15,213 bases of DNA. Source: Candidatus Hodarchaeota archaeon. Lineage in GTDB: Archaea; Asgardarchaeota; Heimdallarchaeia; Hodarchaeales; Hodarchaeaceae. A model generated the notes under the pieces. That model searched no databases. It saw nothing but the letters and a program-made list of their open reading frames with translations, and was not told the origin of the DNA. Made by a program: the position numbers and the translations under genes. Positions 7,228-14,400 of the stretch are shown here, piece after piece; position 1 is the first letter of the stretch, and each line of letters begins with the position of its first letter. The stretch lies in assembly GCA_016840035.1 (NCBI GenBank), contig JAEOTC010000059.1, positions 1 to 15,213 on the forward strand. The letters run 5' to 3'.

Positions 7228-9075
7228 TTAACTAGACCTTGTCATATGTTCCATGGCAATTCGTTCTTCATAGCGATAGGCCCGAGATCGCAAGGTTAAT
7301 TCATCGAAGTCAACCTTTAATCCATCGAAATTTGGTCCATCTACGCATGCAAACTTCACCTTCCCACCCACAGTAACGCGACAGGCTCCGCACATACCTG
7401 TTCCATCAACCATCAAAGGTGCTAGAGATACTATGGTTGGAATATTGTGTTTCTTTGTAAAATTCACTACTGCTCTCATCATTGGTATAGGGCCAACCGC
7501 AACAACATGGTCGAATTTTCTTCCTTCATCAATGAATTTCTTCAATAAATCTAATCCAAATCCATGATGACCCAAAGTCCCATCATCTGTAGCGATATGC
7601 AACTCATCACTGGCAGAATTCATATCATCTTGACAGATAAGAAGAGAACCTGTTCGAGCAGAGATGATACTTACGATATAATTGCCTTTCTCCCTCATTG
7701 CTTTTGTTTTTGGCAATACTGGGGCAACACCACATCCTCCTCCTAGTACTGCCACGGTGCCCCATTTCTCAATTTTTACAGGTTCACCAAGAGGCCCCAA
7801 TAGGTTTAAAATGTGATCTCCCGTGTCTAATTTACCCATCAACTTAGTACTTTTCCCAATTTTCTGAAAAATAAGAGTAATAGTTCCTGCATCTCTATCA
7901 AAATCAGCAACAGTGAGAGGAATCCTTTCACCATAATCTACTACACGGAGGATAACGAATTGACCAGGTTGACATTTTTCAGCAATTCGTGGAGCATCAA
8001 CAACCCACTTTATAATTTCGGGAGAAAGGTCGACTTTTTCGATTATTTTACTTTCTCCTTCGATAAATCTCTGGGCCAACACTGCAGTAATTTTTTCTGG
8101 TTCCTTTTCACTTTCTACTTTTTCTAAATCTGTAAGATATTTTGAAATTTGCATCGCTGCTGTCTGTCCTTCTGCAGCATCAATCCCCACTATTGAATCT
8201 CCTCTCGTCGCACTTCCCGCAGCAAATACTCCTTGTAAATTTGTATCTTGTTTTGCAGAATTAATTATTATTTTTCCTTCAGGAGTAACAGCTAATCCCG
8301 CATTCATGAATAATTCCCTATTTTTTATCTTGCTACTTAGAATGACCACAGTTTCAGTGGAGATAGAAACTCTTTCCCCAGTAGGGCTCTTTAAATTCAC
8401 TTTTTTAATCTTTATATCTCCCTCGAATGAAATAACTTCGTGTTGGAATCGAATATTTACAAAACTCTCATTTAACCTTCTTAACAGGGCTGGATGAGCA
8501 TCAAATGCATTTCTAGCTGTAATTAAACAGACATGTGCACCAACCGAATCATAATGCAACGCATTACGAACGGCCCATGAGTTGTGACCAATTATCGCAA
8601 CATTTTTCTCTTCATATTCACCTTCTGGAGGATTATTGTAGTAAATACCTTTTGAACGGTATTTTCTTTCTCCTGGAACATTGAGCTTCTTCGGATGTAA
8701 TCCAGTGGCAATAAGTACTGTTTTCCCTTCGTACATAATCTCTTCTGAGAAAAATTCACCCCTAACTACAGTTGAGTACACCCGTTTTATGTTTCCTTCC
8801 AGCTCAAACCGACTAACTTTTTCTGCATATCGGATTGTTGCCTTGTATTTCGCCTGACGTGCCATTTTATCAAGTAGTTCTTGACGTGTTATGCTAAAAA
8901 ACCCTGGATAGCCATCGACCATCATACTACCAGCGGTAGCAGATCCAGATCTAGCCTCAAGAACAAGAACACTTCGACCTAATTCAGCCGCGCGAATTGC
9001 ACAAGAAAGTCCAGCAGGACCGCCTCCCACACATATGACATCCCATATTTTTGATTCCAACAGATTTTGCTCCAA
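7228..9075 (-). CDS. nfnA: Fusion of an N-terminal thioredoxin-reductase-like flavoprotein domain (no CxxC) and a C-terminal NfnA/SudB (PyrK-like FAD/[2Fe-2S]) domain
   Basis: Residues ~10-316 carry DVICVGGGPAGLSCA, YPGF, LIATG and TNLQGVFAAG. Residues ~342-615 carry QPGQFVILRV, ERIPLTVAD, GPLG, GGGCGVAP, MVDGTGMCGACRV and CVDGP. The frame is continuous. Confidence 0.88.
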   Translation of the reverse strand: MEQNLLESKIWDVICVGGGPAGLSCAIRAAELGRSVLVLEARSGSATAGSMMVDGYPGFFSITRQELLDKMARQAKYKATIRYAEKVSRFELEGNIKRVYSTVVRGEFFSEEIMYEGKTVLIATGLHPKKLNVPGERKYRSKGIYYNNPPEGEYEEKNVAIIGHNSWAVRNALHYDSVGAHVCLITARNAFDAHPALLRRLNESFVNIRFQHEVISFEGDIKIKKVNLKSPTGERVSISTETVVILSSKIKNRELFMNAGLAVTPEGKIIINSAKQDTNLQGVFAAGSATRGDSIVGIDAAEGQTAAMQISKYLTDLEKVESEKEPEKITAVLAQRFIEGESKIIEKVDLSPEIIKWVVDAPRIAEKCQPGQFVILRVVDYGERIPLTVADFDRDAGTITLIFQKIGKSTKLMGKLDTGDHILNLLGPLGEPVKIEKWGTVAVLGGGCGVAPVLPKTKAMREKGNYIVSIISARTGSLLICQDDMNSASDELHIATDDGTLGHHGFGLDLLKKFIDEGRKFDHVVAVGPIPMMRAVVNFTKKHNIPTIVSLAPLMVDGTGMCGACRVTVGGKVKFACVDGPNFDGLKVDFDELTLRSRAYRYEERIAMEHMTRSS

Positions 9076-9283
9076 TCATTCCTGATATCATGAAACAGTA
9101 CGCATTAAAATAGCGATCTAGTTGAACAATGGTTATTGTCGCTCAATTATTGCGATAAACGATGAAGTATTTAATTGATATTCTCGTTCACAATCATGAA
9201 TATACCAAGATTTTTGAAGTTAAAACATAAAAAGAACGTAATAAGATCGAATTTGACCAATTTGATTTTTCGTAAGCAATCAC

Positions 9284-10252
9284 TTGATGGCAGCAAATAC
9301 AATGAAGATAGATCCATTTAGTACAAAATCTATGGTGCTGGAAAAATCACCCGAGACACGATCATTTTCGTCAAGCTTGATTGGATTTTACTTATGCTCT
9401 TTCGACACAACATATGGACTACAGATTCTCTACACAATACCACCAAGCTTACGCAAAAGCTCCGAAGAACATGACATTTTGAAGACGCATTATATATGGA
9501 AAGTTGAACATATCCCCATGCGCATAGATCTCAAGATTTCAGAGTTTATTTATTCTGCTCTTCAGCTACATGAATCAGACCCACAATCACCAGATGTATC
9601 AGCTACTGTAGAAAAGCCTATCTTCGGAATTGTATTCAAAATTTGGAAGGATGGTGAGTTAATTCATCCAGATGCTCTTGATCAATTTCGAAATGATCTC
9701 CAACTCGATTATTACTCCGATATAGAACTCCTATATAAACGGCAAATTTTAAAGCTAAATCCAGCGAAGCGACGAAAATATTTACAGCTCGCAGATAAAG
9801 CAGCAGAGATCGGGAAGTTCCTCAAATCTGAGTGGGAAAACCTAGTAAATAATGTTTCTAATATCGATATATTCTTTGAATCCCAAAAACTAACCTTTCC
9901 CGATTCCACTATTATATCATCAGAAAGAGAAGATCGTGAGAAGAATCTTTTTAAAATTCCAATTACTATGCGCGTATTACAAACTGAAGAGAGTAGTGAA
10001 GAAGTTTTAGTTATCTTAGTGAATCAATTGGAAACATTATTAGATGTAAAAATTAGGGTTTCAAAGAAAACCCAGTTTTTTAGTGAAAACCTTTGGGAAC
10101 AGGATCTTGAGGAATGGGCAATGAAAGAAGACATTATCCTTGAATTTCCTCGTTCATCAAAACTAGAGAGTTATATGCTAAAAATTACAAGTAAGAACCA
10201 TACTGTGGCAATTAAATCGTTAGAGATTGGCCCAGCAGATACAAAGTTATAA
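9284..10252 (+). CDS. Putative longin/uDENN-like N-terminal domain plus shared C-terminal beta-sandwich domain (paralog A)
   Basis: IGFYLCSFDTTYGLQILYTIP fits the uDENN/NPR2-type opening (hydrophobic strand-F-D/H-x3-G-x-strand-P). Aligns with the next gene at both ends. Start uncertain (TTG 9284, ATG 9287 or a later ATG). The ORF is solid; the fold call is inference. Confidence 0.65.
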   Translation: MMAANTMKIDPFSTKSMVLEKSPETRSFSSSLIGFYLCSFDTTYGLQILYTIPPSLRKSSEEHDILKTHYIWKVEHIPMRIDLKISEFIYSALQLHESDPQSPDVSATVEKPIFGIVFKIWKDGELIHPDALDQFRNDLQLDYYSDIELLYKRQILKLNPAKRRKYLQLADKAAEIGKFLKSEWENLVNNVSNIDIFFESQKLTFPDSTIISSEREDREKNLFKIPITMRVLQTEESSEEVLVILVNQLETLLDVKIRVSKKTQFFSENLWEQDLEEWAMKEDIILEFPRSSKLESYMLKITSKNHTVAIKSLEIGPADTKL

Positions 10253-10263
10253 AATAGCTACTG

Positions 10264-10276
10264 GAAAAGGTTATAT
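10264..10276 (+). promoter_or_regulatory. Candidate BRE-TATA promoter (GAAAAGG-TTATAT) upstream of paralog B
   Basis: A purine-rich BRE-like run directly precedes TTATAT in the 94-nt intergenic gap. A GGAGA SD lies just before the TTG at 10347. Confidence 0.4.
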
Positions 10277-10346
10277 CCTAAATTTCGAAATAGTAACGAA
10301 ATTGATTTGAATTTGAGAAGCTATGTAATTATTTGGAGAACTAGTT

Positions 10347-11354
10347 TTGCCGAATGGGAAAGCGAATCCAATTGATTCAATTCATTTAGAGGTCAAAGAT
10401 CGATCATTTGGTTTTTTTATATACTTTTATGACGAACTACAGGGTCATTCGCTTTTATTTACCTATCCAAAGACTCTTATGTCAAATGAAAACGAAAGGG
10501 CAATTCTAGCTATTCACCCCGCTTGGTGGCATCAAGATCAGTTTTTAAAAACTGAGAAATTTTCCACTATGGATCTTGAACTTAGTGGGGTTGTATACTC
10601 AGCTACTCTCTTTGAGTGTGAAGCTCAACGCTTGAAGAGACGATCTGGTATGAAAGCGATGAAATGGCAAAAAGAAAGGTTTATTCTTATAGTAAAAGCT
10701 CCCTCTGAAGTATCATTTATTGCTCAAGAAATTCTTCAAGAGTTTTATTCACGGATTAAAGAAGATTATAGTAAACATCTTTGTTATTTAGTTAGGTTCC
10801 AGCTCGAATCATCTGCACAAATGTCAAGTAAAGATTTCTCCCCAGAAAATGCTAAATTAGTTGAAGAAGAGCTTACTGAAATCTGTCAGTCATTATCTCC
10901 AAATACACCACTTAATAAACTCGAACCTTTTCTCCAAGAAGACGACAAGATAGAGAAACGTAAAAAATTACCAGGTTCTCCTTCTCATTCTGTTCCAAAG
11001 AAGAAGCTAAGATTCGCAATTCCAAGGAGTAAAGACACGACAGTAATCGCTCGAATTAATAATAAAGAGATTCGAGGAAGGCAAAAAACAGTAAAAATTC
11101 TATCAATAGAGCGTGGGGATGAATCTATATCAATTTCTTTAAAAAATACGTCTCCCTTTAATTTAGATAATATCACTATTCGAGTTTATGAATCACGGGG
11201 ATTCTTTGGGAAGGATAAATTAGTTAAAAAAATAAAGAATTGGCAACAGAATGAGGTATATGGACTAGATTTTAAACCTGAAGTTGAAAATGGAATAAGG
11301 TATTTGCTTAAAATAGAAGATGAAGAAGATACTTTAAAAATTAAGAGAATTTAA
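10347..11354 (+). CDS. Putative longin/uDENN-like N-terminal domain plus shared C-terminal beta-sandwich domain (paralog B)
   Basis: FGFFIYFYDELQGHSLLFTYP opening; DLELSGVVYSA matches DLKISEFIYSA in paralog A; basic/Pro linker; C-terminal IRV-x5-FF-x11-W domain. TTG start with GGAGA SD. Confidence 0.65.
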   Translation: MPNGKANPIDSIHLEVKDRSFGFFIYFYDELQGHSLLFTYPKTLMSNENERAILAIHPAWWHQDQFLKTEKFSTMDLELSGVVYSATLFECEAQRLKRRSGMKAMKWQKERFILIVKAPSEVSFIAQEILQEFYSRIKEDYSKHLCYLVRFQLESSAQMSSKDFSPENAKLVEEELTEICQSLSPNTPLNKLEPFLQEDDKIEKRKKLPGSPSHSVPKKKLRFAIPRSKDTTVIARINNKEIRGRQKTVKILSIERGDESISISLKNTSPFNLDNITIRVYESRGFFGKDKLVKKIKNWQQNEVYGLDFKPEVENGIRYLLKIEDEEDTLKIKRI

Positions 11355-11371
11355 GGAAATGGGATTTTAAT

Positions 11372-11770
11372 TTGAACGTAACACAAGTTAAAGATTTAAT
11401 GACAAAGGATTTAATCACTATTAGTGGAGAGAAAAGTGTAATTTACGCTTCAGAATTAATGATGGAAAAAAATATTGGATCTATTCTTGTTTATGACGAT
11501 TCCACAGTGATAGGAATTATAACGGAACGTGATATTGTAAGAAAAGTAATTACAGATTGTAAAGATCTATGTGATGTGAAAGCGCGAGAAATTGCTACTA
11601 AAGAAATCATCACAATCGCCCCTCAAGACACAATTGAGCACGCATTAATTACCATGTACAGAAGAAAAATTAAACGAATCCCAGTCAAAGATCCTGAATC
11701 TCATGAATTAGTAGGAATTATTACTACTCATGACATCATTGCCGCATTTAATACGTTAGAACTTAGGTAA
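11372..11770 (+). CDS. Stand-alone CBS-pair (Bateman) domain protein
   Basis: Motifs VKDLMTKDLITI, LMMEKNIGSILV, GIITERDIV, IKRIPV and LVGIITTHDII give two tandem CBS repeats in 132 aa. Confidence 0.93.
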   Translation: MNVTQVKDLMTKDLITISGEKSVIYASELMMEKNIGSILVYDDSTVIGIITERDIVRKVITDCKDLCDVKAREIATKEIITIAPQDTIEHALITMYRRKIKRIPVKDPESHELVGIITTHDIIAAFNTLELR

Positions 11771-11779
11771 AGGTTGTAT

Positions 11780-13513
11780 CTATTTTTTCACATCGTTGGC
11801 AACAATTATTTTTGACATTATCTTACCATGTAGATCATTAATGGTAAGTAGATATTCTTTTTCGTTTTTATCAATTCTTGGGCAATCAAGCTCATGTTCT
11901 TCACCAGGAGACCATCGAGGGACAGTTTTTTCCAACATAGTCGTTTCAAAGAATTCGTGTACATGAGATACTCGTATTTTAACTTGGTCAAGATCTTTAT
12001 CTGAAATATTAATAATATTGAGCTTTAAATAAACCGTATTTGGATAAATTGCAGCATGCTTCAATTCTAATGAGCCTTTAGGAACTCCAAAACTCTCAGG
12101 TGTTTCCTCAACTTGTGGAAAGAGGTCTTCATGAATAGCCGTTGCTGCTCGTCTTCCAGCACCCATTGCTGAAATCACTGTAGCAGCTCCAGTCACGATA
12201 TCCCCACCTGCATAAACATGAGGTTTACTTGTTCTTCCCATTTCATCTGTTACAATATTTCCCCATTTATTTACTTCTAAATCGGGAGTGGTCATTGTGA
12301 TTAAAGGATTGGCTTTATTTCCTATTGCTATGATAATTAAATCAGTATTAAGCACAAAATAATCCCCATCTATAGGTACAGGTCGTGCCCGACCTGATTT
12401 ATCTGGTTCACCTAGTTGATAGCGTTGGCACCTGATTGATTCAATACGTCCTTTTTCGTCACCCATAATTTCTACTGGGTTGGATAATAACTTAAATTGA
12501 ACACCTTCCTCTTCTGCGTGGTGAATTTCCTCTAATCTTGCAGGCATTTGTTCTCTAGATCTACGATATACGATATGGACATTATCAGCATCTAATCGTA
12601 AGGCAGTTCTTGCTGAATCCATAGCTACGTTTCCTCCTCCAACTACAACCACATTCTTACCCGTTAATAGGGGTGTATTATACTTAGGATAAAGATAAGC
12701 TTTCATCAAATTAGATCGTGTTAGATATTCATTCGCGGAATAGACACCCTGCAAGTTCTCTCCAGGGATATTCATGAACACAGGTAATCCAGCACCAACG
12801 CCGATATACACTGCATCATATCCATCTTCAGTAAATAATTCATCAATCCCACGAATTCTCCCAATAACAGAGTCGTATACGAACTTAACACCAGCGTTTT
12901 CTAGATTCTGAATTTCATATTGGACTACAGATTTTGGTAAACGAAATTCGGGAATTCCGTAAACAAGAACTCCTCCACCTAAATGAAACGCCTCATAGAC
13001 AGTTACTTCGTATCCTTGTTGAATCAAATCACCAGCAGTTGTTAATCCTGAGGGCCCACTACCTACAATTGCTACCTTTTTCCCATTTTTCCTCACTCGC
13101 TCTGGTTCAGGAACTTGACCAGTAAGTCGTTCATAATCTGCGACAAATCGCTCTAGATTTCCTATCCCTACTGATCTACCTTTCTTTCCTCTAACGCACA
13201 ATCCTTCGCATTGAGATTCTTGTGGACAAACACGACCACAAACAGCTGGGAGTACATTCCTTTCTTTAATTTTCCAAGCGGCCTCAAGGAACTTTCCTTC
13301 TTGAACTAATGCTATAAACTCGGGGATTGGAACACGTACAGGACATCCATCCACACATTTAGGTTTCTTACAATTCAAACATCGATTTGCTTCTTGGATA
13401 GCCATTTCTTCAGAATATCCATACGGAACTTCACGAAAATTCCTGGCCCGAACCTGAGGAGGCTGAGTTGGCATATCAGTAAAGGGAATTTGCATACGTT
13501 CCTTAGACTTCAT
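11780..13513 (-). CDS. nfnB: NfnB/SudA-type large subunit, copy 2, with an extra ~100-aa C-terminal domain
   Basis: Motifs RCLNCKKPKCVDGCPV, GRVCPQESQCEGLC, GSGPSG, GGGNVAMD, YRRS and GGDIVTGAATVISAM. The core ends near AIHEDL (residue ~464); residues ~481-577 are extra. ATGA overlap with the upstream nfnA stop. Confidence 0.9.
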   Translation of the reverse strand: MKSKERMQIPFTDMPTQPPQVRARNFREVPYGYSEEMAIQEANRCLNCKKPKCVDGCPVRVPIPEFIALVQEGKFLEAAWKIKERNVLPAVCGRVCPQESQCEGLCVRGKKGRSVGIGNLERFVADYERLTGQVPEPERVRKNGKKVAIVGSGPSGLTTAGDLIQQGYEVTVYEAFHLGGGVLVYGIPEFRLPKSVVQYEIQNLENAGVKFVYDSVIGRIRGIDELFTEDGYDAVYIGVGAGLPVFMNIPGENLQGVYSANEYLTRSNLMKAYLYPKYNTPLLTGKNVVVVGGGNVAMDSARTALRLDADNVHIVYRRSREQMPARLEEIHHAEEEGVQFKLLSNPVEIMGDEKGRIESIRCQRYQLGEPDKSGRARPVPIDGDYFVLNTDLIIIAIGNKANPLITMTTPDLEVNKWGNIVTDEMGRTSKPHVYAGGDIVTGAATVISAMGAGRRAATAIHEDLFPQVEETPESFGVPKGSLELKHAAIYPNTVYLKLNIINISDKDLDQVKIRVSHVHEFFETTMLEKTVPRWSPGEEHELDCPRIDKNEKEYLLTINDLHGKIMSKIIVANDVKK

Positions 13514-14400
13514 GATGTTTCCTCTTCCTTTGTTCTTTCAAGAAATTTAGCTAAGGAACGACACTCGGGTGAAAAATTTTGTAACCCCAATGTTTCTTCA
13601 GTAATATAGGATGTATTACGTACATGTATTAATTCCTCCCAATCAATTTTATGTGCATCGAATTCTGGTCCATCTACACAGGCAAATTTAGTTTTCCCAT
13701 CGTACGACAATCGACAACTTCCACACATTCCTGTTCCATCAACCATGATTGTGGTAACCGTTGCATATGTTGGAATACCCCCTTTCTCTTTTGTAAGCTT
13801 GGAAACTTTACTCATCATAACATTGCAGCCAATAACTTTAATATGATCTATCTCACGTTTCTGAACCTCAATCATATTATCAAGAATATCATAAATATGT
13901 CCACGCTCACCTTTTGACCCATCAGTAGTTACGAGAATTACTTCGTCACTTACAGTTTTGTATTCTTCTTCATAATAAAGGAGATTTTCATTTTTAGCTT
14001 CAATTATTGTGATTACAATATTTCCAAGTTCCTTGAGCTTCTTTGCTATTGGATATACCGCACCAACCCCATAACAACCCCCACCAAGTACAACTGTCCC
14101 AAAATTGTCAAGATATGCTGGTTCACCAAGAGGGCCGACAATACTATAGAAGCAATCTCCTTCCTCCATGAAAGCCATTTTCGAAGTGGATAATCCTAAC
14201 TCCTGAACTATAAAGGATATTGTTCCTTTTTCCTCGTCCCAATCCAGCAATGTCAAGGGAATTTTCTCTGAATGCTCATCAACCATTACTAAAATAAATT
14301 GTCCAGCTTTAGCTTTCTTGGCTATTCCAGGAACTTTGATATCTAGTTTATAGAAATTCGGTACGAATTCTTCTTTCTTAAGGATATTAAATTTGGACAT
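13510..14400 (-). CDS. nfnA: NfnA/SudB-type small subunit (FAD, [2Fe-2S]), copy 2
   Basis: Motifs KAGQFILVMV, EKIPLTLLD, GPLG, GGGCYG, TTDGSKG, MVDGTGMCGSCRL and CVDGPEF. AGGTGA SD at 14411-14406. Confidence 0.9.
   Translation of the reverse strand: MSKFNILKKEEFVPNFYKLDIKVPGIAKKAKAGQFILVMVDEHSEKIPLTLLDWDEEKGTISFIVQELGLSTSKMAFMEEGDCFYSIVGPLGEPAYLDNFGTVVLGGGCYGVGAVYPIAKKLKELGNIVITIIEAKNENLLYYEEEYKTVSDEVILVTTDGSKGERGHIYDILDNMIEVQKREIDHIKVIGCNVMMSKVSKLTKEKGGIPTYATVTTIMVDGTGMCGSCRLSYDGKTKFACVDGPEFDAHKIDWEELIHVRNTSYITEETLGLQNFSPECRSLAKFLERTKEEETS

Noticed and set aside
9076-9283. SurR-type operator (GTT-n3-AAC) or a strong dyad in the divergent intergenic region
   Set aside because: Only GTTGAAC (n1), GTTAAAAC (n2) and short imperfect dyads such as ACAAT-n4-ATTGT were seen. 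The spacing is wrong and such matches are expected by chance.
5791-13513. Annotating the two GltD-like genes as glutamate synthase
   Set aside because: No GltB large subunit is present, and each gene lies directly downstream of an NfnA/SudB-type gene, so NfnAB is the better call.
457-13917. Short ORFs in the track (457-639, 3799-4005, 5202-5402, 6029-6226, 6747-6986, 7564-7746, 8306-8497, 9712-9909, 10985-11176, 12934-13125, 13394-13609, 13651-13917)
   Set aside because: All lie within longer, well-supported genes in another frame or on the opposite strand, and none has a recognisable motif. They are treated as shadow ORFs.
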